DNA of 64,000 nucleotides, taken from an uncultured archaeon (GTDB lineage Archaea > Thermoplasmatota > Penumbrarchaeia > JASLWR01). The position numbers and the translations under genes were made by a program. Of the stretch, positions 19,601 to 28,605 are shown in pieces; the stretch's first letter is position 1; every line of letters starts with the position of its first letter. The stretch spans positions 58,379 to 122,378 of the forward strand of contig CAYFHS010000010.1 of assembly GCA_964342815.1 (NCBI GenBank), in the 5' to 3' direction. The notes beneath the pieces are model-generated. The model saw only the letters and a list, made by a program, of their open reading frames with translations. It had not been told where the DNA came from and did no database searches.

Positions 19601-21303
19601 CTCAGTATTATATTCCTCCCAGGGTCCCTCGTTTCCCCTGTCACCGATGAGCTGCATGTCAGCCACACCACTGCCGTAATCCGAGGCATTGATCCGTAGT
19701 TCGACCAATTTATCATTGACCGATAGCACATCCTCCTCTATGGTTATATTTCCAACTGGCTTCGTGACATCGATCATGATTTTCTTAAGTACTGAAAAGT
19801 TGCTTGCGGCGTGGTATCCGTCCTTTGTTTGCACCCTCCAGTAATAAACACCATCGTTGAGTGCTTCATTGACCGTATGCTCCCAGAATGAAGAATTTAT
19901 CCATGATGAGTTATACCGAATTTCATTCATGCTTTCATTGTCATAGATTTCCACGAGATAATCCGACTGTATGTCGTTCTTGTCGGGATCGGTGAAATTC
20001 CATTCGAGTTTTGGAATGTTGGTTCCCTGCCATGTTGTAGAGCTGGGGGCGTATGGCTCCGGTTCGCTGAACAGGTCGAACTCGATTGTGATCTCTTCCA
20101 TGATGGGTCCGTCATCTACATCTTCAGCCGTAAGCGTGGCATTCCACATCAGCTTCGCCCCCTTATGGTAAAAATGTGGTTTTCACCTGGGGTTATCTCC
20201 TCCCAGTTCACACCATCGGCTGTAACCTTGTAGTCTATGCTCGTACCCTGGGGTTTGCTTTCCACCACGTCGAGTCTAACAGCTCCGATAGTATGTTTTC
20301 CCTGATAAAGCGGTTTCGACTGAACGTACCTAATCTTTGAAGTGGGATCCACACGGTCGCCGAAGTAGGAGTTACCTTCAGAAATCCGATATTTGGATAC
20401 CGAGTTGCCGTTATCCGACACACAGTACTCTTCCCCGTTGTACGCCATATTGTATATGTGCCGATTAGTCCGAAAATCTCCCAGATAGTTACCGTTGCTT
20501 GGATTGAACATACCGACCCTTCTATGATCGCGATTGTATCCCCCGATATACAAAATGCCATTGGCATAGGCCATGGTACCGTAATTATAACAGGTTGCGC
20601 CAATATTGAAGTTCCTCACGTTCTGCCCGTCGCTCTTTCGAAGCACTCTGACCTGGCTGTCATGCCATCGCATAGCGTAAACGAATTGACTATCGCAGGT
20701 TACCGATCCCGCGGTGGACCCTATATTGAAAGACCAGACCTGTCTAACTTGCCAATTGCCGGGGTCCACTGCCCATTTTTTAATAGTATTGTATCCCCAA
20801 TGGGCTCCGTAGAAACTTCCATCGACATCGGACCAGACCTGCATCATCTGCCGTTCGCCATTATTGAACTGCCCCAGCCCCGAATATCCGCTGTTGTACC
20901 TATAGATAGTATTTCCCGACCACTGTGGATACCAGTACTCATCCACCATGGGGGAAAAGCCGCCTCCGTGTGAACGGGTGTTCATATTCACTGTGCTAAC
21001 ATATGCCGGGGAAATGGACTTACTTGATTCGAAAGTGATCTTCCCTGCTTTCGTGTTTATGGTGCAGGATGTGTTGCTTATGTCGATATTGTTGAGATTT
21101 TTAAATTTCTCAACAATTTTATTTCCATAGCGTGTGTAGTAGGGCGGAACGTCGGGTAAGACTGTTGATTGGACCTGTCCCGATCTCTCCGGGGAGACCG
21201 CTACCGGGGGATGAATTGTGAAGGATAAGAGTTGGACGAGAAGAACGCAAACGGCCAATAGACTGATCCAGCTATGCTTTACCCGAAATTTATCTATTGA
21301 CAT
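16661..21303 (-). pseudogene. Paralog P5 (~1547 aa if repaired), split by a 1-nt frameshift at ~20158-20166 into 20149..21303 (tip) and 16661..20149 (stalk, TM, tail)
   Basis: The minus strand reads ACC ATA AGG GGG CGA AGC TGA TGT GG. Adding one base restores F-T-(H-K or I-R)-G-A-K-L-M-W-N-A-T, matching paralog HRGSALRWNAT. The stop and restart overlap as TGATG. Confidence 0.85.
16838..17326 (-). repeat. Coding tandem repeat, 8 units of ~63 bp (21 aa, Pro/Ser/Thr-rich), in the P5 cytoplasmic tail
   Basis: Units PEPINVSKPTIIAPPSASQIT / SDPTPVSENPIISPLTPSPIT / ... / PEPTSMSKSTVIEPPTPSPRT / REPTSMPKPTVIAPPSASHIT. catgcttgtgggctca recurs at 16937 and 17000, a 63-nt period. Confidence 0.9.
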
Positions 21304-21570
21304 TTCTCATCTCCCCCGTGCCCTCAAAGAAAAGAGGCGTAAATCGTCATGGAGCTAATTTTTTCAGCCCGATGTTAGATTAGTGTTCGATATGTGTTAA
21401 AATAATATTGTATTAAGGAGAATAAATAATTATCGTCTAAATATGCATCAATCTTGAAACTAATTTGACTGGATTCATTCAAAGGAGATTCTCGGTTTGA
21501 ACCTTTAATCTGAAATGGTCGAAAACATAATATACCCAGACCGTTATACATTAACAGAATATTTTACCTG

Positions 21571-23916
21571 GTGATGATAATGAAGAAAAGGTGTTATTTG
21601 ATCGCAGTAATGGTGATTTCCGTATTATTTCTTTTTCCAACGGTTGCTGCCGATAATGACAGCATGAAAATTCTATTAACTTTTGATAGGTATGGAACTT
21701 ATTCGGGTGGCGAAACCGCCAAGGTGACGGTTCATGTGTTTGATAGGGGAGGCTATGTGAGCCCGGATAATAAACCAAATTGCACCCTTGGGGATAACCA
21801 TTTCATTGAAATCGAACGAGATATCGATCTGATAAAAAAAGCCACAGGTAGATACGATGGTTTTTTTCAAGTGCATGACAGCGATACAGATGAATTCAAG
21901 AGCTTGTTTCTGGAAGCAAAAGCCACCTACGGAAAGAGCGATATGGAAGATATTGAGTATAACACGGATGAAGTCAGTGAAATGATTTATCTTGAAGGTG
22001 GCGAGGATGATAATGTCGAGGTAAAGATAAAGAACGTTCCTCCTTCTGCTTTTCCCGGAGATTCCATAACCGTTCATGTAGAAGTGAGAAAGGGTAATAT
22101 ACTCACGGATGCCGATGATCTGGATATCAAATATGAACTTGATTATGATAATATGGACGATGTCGAATCTGACCTGCCCTATGACAAAGTTGAAACAGGG
22201 GTATATGAAATCGTTCTCGATGTGCCCGACACCATCGCAGAGAGCTGTGAAATAAAATTGGATGCAGTGGCGGGATTTGATGACTATATTTATTATGGTC
22301 TGGATTCTGAGAGAATCGACATGGATTTCTTTTCCGTATGGTATCGCAAGGATACCGTTGGACAAACAATAACGAATTTTGACATTTATGTTTCTGATTC
22401 TCAGGGGAAGGCTCTCGGCAAAGCCGAGGTTAGCCTTGAATGGGAAAAGGATCGGCGTTCGTCTAATGAGGCTAAAAAGCTTACCGACGGATCGGGAAAG
22501 GCCACCTTCGAAATAAGCTATGACAAGGACACGACTGATCTGGAGTTAAAAGGTAAGGTAGAAGCCAATGGCAAGATTCAGGTTTTTTCAGGGGACATAA
22601 TGATTAGGGAAAGCGAGGAAGAAAATGAATTGGATGCCCCATCCCTCCGCGGACTGGACGTGATAATAAAAAATCGTAATATCTCTGGCAGTCCTCCCTA
22701 CAAGGTGGATTGCATTGCATATCTGAACGGCCAGAGAATATCAAACAAGGAAATCTACTGTTATCTGTATAGCAAAACCGAGGTATTCGCTTTCGGGTCG
22801 CCCCGAACGGATGTTAACGGTGAGTTCAACATGACCTTCTTCAATTCGATGGAAAATTCGGGCTATATCACAGCCGAGTTCGAGGTGGCGAGCGGAGATT
22901 ATTACAGTAACTTCTTGAGCGATAGAAATAATACCTTGGATGGAAAGGAGTATTCCTCAGACAGGGACATAATCTGGATTGAGGTGGACGCCTCCTTGAA
23001 TGTGGATTTTAACAAACCAACCATAAAAATAGATGCGGACCCCGTCACACTGGGCAGATTTACAGAGGTAACGGTCAAGGGGATACCGGACAGGGGATGC
23101 CCTCTCATTACATGGATACCCGCTCCGGTCAACAGCTTCAGCGATATAGAGAAATGGGAGGAGGATTTCAACTGGTCGCAGTGGGGAGGTGGAGGTTTGA
23201 TGATCCAGAACCTGGAATTTTCAGGTAGTGAGATAAGCTGCAATCTAATGATACCGGAGTTTCTTCCACCCGGGGAATATACAATTCTCGGAGGATATTA
23301 CGATGATATCGATATATCGGATCCGGACCTTTCACTAGAAGAAGCTTATCACTTAAACAACTTAATATTAATGTCAGGCGAATCAGGATCCACCTCTAAT
23401 GACTTCACGGAACCAGTATCTGGAGGGTTCGGATTAAAATTACTTGTCATAGGTATCATAGTTGTTATTCTCGTTATTGCCCTAACCATCGTTATCATTT
23501 TAAAAAGAAGGAAGAAGAATCAAGAAAATGCGCAAGCACTCTGGGAAAATAGAAATCAAACCTCGATATCCAACATTCCTCATCCTCCCGAGGATGAAAC
23601 TCACAGATCAGATGTGGGTGATTCATCCGCAGGAATCCCGACAATTCAACACCATGAATCTATGGACCGCAATACTCAAACGGATCAACGGTCACCTACT
23701 CCTCCGTATGGGGCCGATTACTCAACTGCAATCCACCGGCAACGAGATGAAGCTTTTCAGCATGGATCACATGGTTTCGAAATGGACGATGAAGTAGATG
23801 AGAGCCGAGCATCAGTGGGCCATTTTCATAGGGGGCACTCTGATTTCCCACCACCACGTTCGACATATCCACCTCCCCCTACGGGTCGCAGTGGATATCC
23901 CCCGCCTCCATATTGA
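21571..23916 (+). CDS. Single-pass surface protein with Ig-like beta-rich ectodomain (MG2/macroglobulin-like start) and Pro/Tyr-rich tail ending PPPPY
   Basis: Signal peptide; ILLTFDRYGTYSGGETAKVTVHVFD resembles MG-type domain starts; TM LLVIGIIVVILVIALTIVIILKRRKK. The start is probably ATG 21580, after GGTGA. Confidence 0.85.
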   Translation: MMIMKKRCYLIAVMVISVLFLFPTVAADNDSMKILLTFDRYGTYSGGETAKVTVHVFDRGGYVSPDNKPNCTLGDNHFIEIERDIDLIKKATGRYDGFFQVHDSDTDEFKSLFLEAKATYGKSDMEDIEYNTDEVSEMIYLEGGEDDNVEVKIKNVPPSAFPGDSITVHVEVRKGNILTDADDLDIKYELDYDNMDDVESDLPYDKVETGVYEIVLDVPDTIAESCEIKLDAVAGFDDYIYYGLDSERIDMDFFSVWYRKDTVGQTITNFDIYVSDSQGKALGKAEVSLEWEKDRRSSNEAKKLTDGSGKATFEISYDKDTTDLELKGKVEANGKIQVFSGDIMIRESEEENELDAPSLRGLDVIIKNRNISGSPPYKVDCIAYLNGQRISNKEIYCYLYSKTEVFAFGSPRTDVNGEFNMTFFNSMENSGYITAEFEVASGDYYSNFLSDRNNTLDGKEYSSDRDIIWIEVDASLNVDFNKPTIKIDADPVTLGRFTEVTVKGIPDRGCPLITWIPAPVNSFSDIEKWEEDFNWSQWGGGGLMIQNLEFSGSEISCNLMIPEFLPPGEYTILGGYYDDIDISDPDLSLEEAYHLNNLILMSGESGSTSNDFTEPVSGGFGLKLLVIGIIVVILVIALTIVIILKRRKKNQENAQALWENRNQTSISNIPHPPEDETHRSDVGDSSAGIPTIQHHESMDRNTQTDQRSPTPPYGADYSTAIHRQRDEAFQHGSHGFEMDDEVDESRASVGHFHRGHSDFPPPRSTYPPPPTGRSGYPPPPY

Positions 23917-24052
23917 AATATTTTCAATGATTTTTGAATTTAGTAGATATAGTCAGGAAATAACCTGAAAAATATAAATAATCCGGAAATCATTATAATA
24001 AATGTCATAATTTCTTTAAAACGCTTTTTTCTCATTCGAAAGGTGAATAAAA

Positions 24053-27000
24053 ATGAACCGTTTCGTTATGAACTTGCTCTTTGCAGTTTTCGTCATATTT
24101 CTGTTCAATCCTTTTTCCAGCACTTCCACCAATGCCGAAACCCGGCAGGAGGCCAGAGTGGGCTTAATAGCATCGATAAACTCTAAAACTAAAGGAATAT
24201 TACAGGAAAATATAGATATGGATTTTCCCCCGCCCATCTTTGGTGAAGAAGAATATGCAGGGGAAATTTACGATACCATTCAAATGGAAGACACTTTGGC
24301 CATGCCGCTACCAGGCCACCCAAGAGTCCCTGTGAAAATAATCACCATCGAGAACATGCATCTTATGGAATCTATAGAGGTTGAATATTCCGGGATAGAT
24401 TATTTTCCTCTCAATCTCGTACCGTCCCCAAAGCCCCGCTCACCCTATGCGAGCGAAAGCTGCGAATACATCGATAAATCAGCATATGCCTCAAATATCT
24501 TTTTACCCAGCGAAGATTACAAAATAACGCTTCTGGGCGGAGTATGGAAAGACGGTTACCGATACTGGTCCTATTCCCTAGCTCTCTTCCCCGTGCGCTT
24601 CAATCCATCTATAAACCGTGCTATGACCTATGATAGTGTTCGGGTCGAGGTGAAGTTCGATGGGGATTCCGAAATCGGGACGCAGTCCTATATTTCAAAG
24701 GCCCGAGAGTCGGACCAGGCAGCCTCAGTAATACCCGGCTCAACCAGTAAGGGGACCCGCTCGACCCGTTCAGGAGATGGTCCGGACCCGGATTACATTA
24801 TTATAACAACTTCCGGATTTGCCAATCCCCTGGAGAAACTTGCCGCCTGGAAGACGAAAAAGGGGATTCCCTGTGAAATACAAACCACCGATAGTATCTA
24901 CAGTTCATATGAGGGAAGTGATAATCCCGAGAAGATCAAGAATTTCATTAAAGATATGCACGACCAATACGGGATCACGTACGTCCTTCTCGCAGGCGAT
25001 TACACCAACGTCCCAGTGAGGCTATGCAAGGATCCCTCTCCTTATGAGGGTTGGGATGACGGTTGGATACCTGCGGATCAATACTATGCATGTCTCGATC
25101 GGACCTGGAACGCAGACGGCGACGCTTACTGGGGCGAGAATGGCGACATAAAGGACATACTTGCCGACGTCTATCTCTCAAGGATCGCAATCAGTTCCTA
25201 TACGAGGATGAGCGATTGGGCCCAAAGCGTGATAGACTACGAAAAATCTCCCCCCGGAGGGAACTGGATGGAAAAGCTGGTTCTGATCGGTGCGGACAGC
25301 CACAGGACTGGTGATGCTGCAACCCAGTGTGATTACCTGTATGATAAATACCTCAATACTGCCTTTCAGGAGACCGATAAACTATATGAGAACGGTGGAA
25401 CCATCCAGAAGTCCGACCTCACAGATTCTCTCAACAGTGGTGCGGGTTATGTGAATTTCATCGATCATGGCGGACCCACGGTGTGGTGCCAGAACGGCGG
25501 CAACCAGGTACTCTTAAACAATAATGACGTGGCTTCCCTCACGAACGGGCGGAAGAAACCGCTAGTAAGCGGTATGGCATGCATGACCTCCTGGTTCGAC
25601 AACCCGTCGGGATGTGGATACCAGAATTTCGGTGATTGCATAGGCGAGACCTTCACGGAGAACGCCCAGAACAGGGCAATCGCGTACATCGGTTCATCGA
25701 GGAGTGCAACTGCAGCTATCGGTTATAACTCCTATACTTACGGGGCAGGAGGATTGCAGGAGGATCTCTGCTACCAGCTCGGTCTGGACAATCTTCATAT
25801 CGGCTCCGCTCATACCGAAGCCAAAGATCATTACGCCTATTCCTTCGGTAACTGGTTTCCGGACACCGAGGAGAGCGAAGGGGAGATCCAATCCTGCTGG
25901 CTGGAACTCAACATGCTGGGAGAACCCGAAGTACCACTTTGGACTAAAGTTCCGAAAACGTTCCAGGTGAATGTCACAGTTACCCAACAGAGGATCAACG
26001 TTAGCGTAAAGGATACGGGCACTGGGTCCGGGATTCAGGGAGCACAGGTATGCATCCAGGGAAGCGGGCAGTATATGAGGGGAAAGACAAGTTCCGGGGG
26101 CTTTATAGGATTCAACAATCCAATGGTGGAAGGTTCCGCGGATGTCACGGTGACTAAACCCAACTACTACACGTACGGGACTATTATCCCCTTTATCGAT
26201 GTGGTGCCTCCCATCACCGAGTGCATAATATCTCCCGATGAGCCGGACGGGCTGAACGGATGGTACAACGAAACGCCTACCATAAGTCTTGCCAGCGAGG
26301 AATGGGCCGTAATCCGTTACTCATTGGATGAGAATGGAGATGATTTCGAAACTTACAGTAAACCTATCAGAGTACCCAATGGTGAGATCACATTCCGATA
26401 TTGCTCGGAGGATAACTGGGGGAATAAGGAAGTTCCACGTACGAGCATAATTCGGGTAGACAGCAACACGCCGGTCACGGATATCGAGGTGAATCCGGAG
26501 GATCCCACAGGGTCCGGAGGTTGGTATAATTCGGTTGCCAATGTTACCTTGACGGTGGGAGAAGAAGATATCGAAACGTTTTATCGTATTCTGCAGGATG
26601 GTGAACCGGTGGCACCGTTTGGAGTGTATTCCATTCCTCTCTCACTGAAATTAGAAGGTGAGATATCGATCCAGTATTACAGCATTGACGATGCCGGTAA
26701 CATTGAAGAAATGCAGGTGGAAGAGTTACGAATCGACAGGACCCCGCCGGAAGTGTCCATAGATGTTGACCGAGCTCCCGATGGAGCCGGGAACTGGTAT
26801 TCAGAACTTCCATCCATAATGCTTTCGTCTACCGACGAAGAGGATGTGATCTATTACTATTTCGATGATAGCCGACACAAACAGTACACACGTTCTTTCG
26901 AACCGGACGAAGGTATTCACGTTCTTCATTTCTACAGTCTGGACACCGCGGGGAATACTGCCGAGGAAAAGACTTATGAATTCAAGGTGGACACAATCCC

Positions 27001-28558
27001 TCCGGAGGTCACCTGCACTATAACACCCCAGCATCCCAATGGACTGAGCAGGTACTACGTAACGATGCCCGAGATCATGTTCACTTCAGAAGAGAACGTC
27101 AGTATAAATTACAGTTGGGACAATGTGGAGTTTCACGAATACGACGGGAATATTATCATACCGCTTTCGGAGGGTTTGGTGGAGATCACCTACTACGGTG
27201 TGGACCCTGCAGGGAATGTTGGAGACACAATGTCCAGTATCCTAATGATTGACATAACACCCCCTACTACAACTGTCTTTTTGGACCCTGAAGAACCCAA
27301 TGGGAACGGAAATTGGTACTCCTCACTGGACATAGAATTGATCTCGCCCATGAAGGATACGACGGCCACATATTATTATTTCGAGAACTTCACCGAGAGC
27401 GAGATTTACTCCGGTACTATCTCCGCTGAATTGATCCCGGAGGGTATTCACACACTTGTATACTTCTCCCAGGATAGGTCGGGAAACAGAGAAAAGGAAA
27501 AAAAGCTGCTTATTAAATATGATTCCAAAAAGCCGAAACCATATCTGGAGATCTCCACGGAAAAGGCCAAGATAGATGATACAGTTAGTATACAGGTAGG
27601 TAGGTCCAAGGATGATTGCGGTGGAGACCTGTTATACCTCGTGGATTTTGGTGATGGAGAAAAGACCCGATGGACGATGAAAAAAGAATTGACGCATTCG
27701 TATTCGGAGGCCGGTAGATATACCATCAAGCTACGTGTACGGGATGAAGCAGGGCACGAGGCATCAAGCGAAGAGATTATAGAGATCGATGAATACTCGT
27801 TTTTTGAGACTATGAACAATTACCGTGTTGAAAAACCCACCGCGTTCTACGGAATCGTGGCTGCGCTCATGGTGGTCATTGCAGGATTGATCGTGGTTAT
27901 GATCCTGGTGAGAAAACGAAAAAAAGTACGAGAAGAAGTCAGGGATCTCTCACCGGATGAGCACGTGGAAGAAAAAGCTGAACCGGACCCGTCGTCAGCT
28001 TTACGGACCCCGGGTATTGCGGAAAAAGATACTTTTCGAAATAATGTATCCCATGAACTAGAGCACCCCATAGAATATATCGGTCCTGAATCAACTGAAC
28101 GAGGCGGGTGGCAGAACGAAAGGGCATGGGATTTCGGGGTGGGAGAAAAAAATGCGGATTATTATCCGAACAGCGTCAAAGAAACAGAAATGATTGATGA
28201 TGGAAGTGATGACGACCTGCTTTCTCTTCCCGAGAACACACGCAATGATCTCAATACCGGTACCAAACCGAATGATGGTCAATCCGGGGACAGGAAGAAG
28301 CGATCTATGGATGATATCTTCGATTTCCGCAATCCCATGAAATTCTCGAAATCGGATCAATCCGAAGTGCTTGTGCGAGATAAGGAAGATGGGAAGGAAG
28401 ATGAGAAAGAAGACTCACCTGTAAAGTCACCGCTGGACAAGCAAGGTGTGTCAGTAGGTGAACCCTTAGCCGAAAAGGACCGCGAACCTCATTCCGGGAA
28501 GTCTGCAGAATCCGCAAATGATCTTAACGAAATGAAACTGGATCACTGGGACATATAA
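24053..28558 (+). CDS. Membrane-anchored peptidase family C25 (gingipain-like): propeptide, catalytic domain, Ig-like repeats, PKD, TM, acidic tail
   Basis: Motifs YIIITT..F...L..LAAWKTKKG, YVLLAGD, DQYYACLD, catalytic FIDHGG and GMACMT, AIAYIGSSR, NMLGEP. Repeated PPxT..YYS.D.AGN.E units, DFGDG PKD motif, TM plus RKRKK. Confidence 0.9.
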   Translation: MNRFVMNLLFAVFVIFLFNPFSSTSTNAETRQEARVGLIASINSKTKGILQENIDMDFPPPIFGEEEYAGEIYDTIQMEDTLAMPLPGHPRVPVKIITIENMHLMESIEVEYSGIDYFPLNLVPSPKPRSPYASESCEYIDKSAYASNIFLPSEDYKITLLGGVWKDGYRYWSYSLALFPVRFNPSINRAMTYDSVRVEVKFDGDSEIGTQSYISKARESDQAASVIPGSTSKGTRSTRSGDGPDPDYIIITTSGFANPLEKLAAWKTKKGIPCEIQTTDSIYSSYEGSDNPEKIKNFIKDMHDQYGITYVLLAGDYTNVPVRLCKDPSPYEGWDDGWIPADQYYACLDRTWNADGDAYWGENGDIKDILADVYLSRIAISSYTRMSDWAQSVIDYEKSPPGGNWMEKLVLIGADSHRTGDAATQCDYLYDKYLNTAFQETDKLYENGGTIQKSDLTDSLNSGAGYVNFIDHGGPTVWCQNGGNQVLLNNNDVASLTNGRKKPLVSGMACMTSWFDNPSGCGYQNFGDCIGETFTENAQNRAIAYIGSSRSATAAIGYNSYTYGAGGLQEDLCYQLGLDNLHIGSAHTEAKDHYAYSFGNWFPDTEESEGEIQSCWLELNMLGEPEVPLWTKVPKTFQVNVTVTQQRINVSVKDTGTGSGIQGAQVCIQGSGQYMRGKTSSGGFIGFNNPMVEGSADVTVTKPNYYTYGTIIPFIDVVPPITECIISPDEPDGLNGWYNETPTISLASEEWAVIRYSLDENGDDFETYSKPIRVPNGEITFRYCSEDNWGNKEVPRTSIIRVDSNTPVTDIEVNPEDPTGSGGWYNSVANVTLTVGEEDIETFYRILQDGEPVAPFGVYSIPLSLKLEGEISIQYYSIDDAGNIEEMQVEELRIDRTPPEVSIDVDRAPDGAGNWYSELPSIMLSSTDEEDVIYYYFDDSRHKQYTRSFEPDEGIHVLHFYSLDTAGNTAEEKTYEFKVDTIPPEVTCTITPQHPNGLSRYYVTMPEIMFTSEENVSINYSWDNVEFHEYDGNIIIPLSEGLVEITYYGVDPAGNVGDTMSSILMIDITPPTTTVFLDPEEPNGNGNWYSSLDIELISPMKDTTATYYYFENFTESEIYSGTISAELIPEGIHTLVYFSQDRSGNREKEKKLLIKYDSKKPKPYLEISTEKAKIDDTVSIQVGRSKDDCGGDLLYLVDFGDGEKTRWTMKKELTHSYSEAGRYTIKLRVRDEAGHEASSEEIIEIDEYSFFETMNNYRVEKPTAFYGIVAALMVVIAGLIVVMILVRKRKKVREEVRDLSPDEHVEEKAEPDPSSALRTPGIAEKDTFRNNVSHELEHPIEYIGPESTERGGWQNERAWDFGVGEKNADYYPNSVKETEMIDDGSDDDLLSLPENTRNDLNTGTKPNDGQSGDRKKRSMDDIFDFRNPMKFSKSDQSEVLVRDKEDGKEDEKEDSPVKSPLDKQGVSVGEPLAEKDREPHSGKSAESANDLNEMKLDHWDI

Positions 28559-28605
28559 TTTTTTCAAGTTTTTTTGGCCCTCAACGTCAAATTGGGTGAG
28601 ATGGA

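Noticed and set aside
1-21303. Diversity-generating retroelement driving tip variation (C-type-lectin-fold tip, Asn/AAC-rich loops)
   Set aside because: No reverse transcriptase in the window and no near-identical TR/VR pair with adenine-specific differences. Paralog differences are spread over synonymous positions. A trans-acting DGR elsewhere cannot be excluded.
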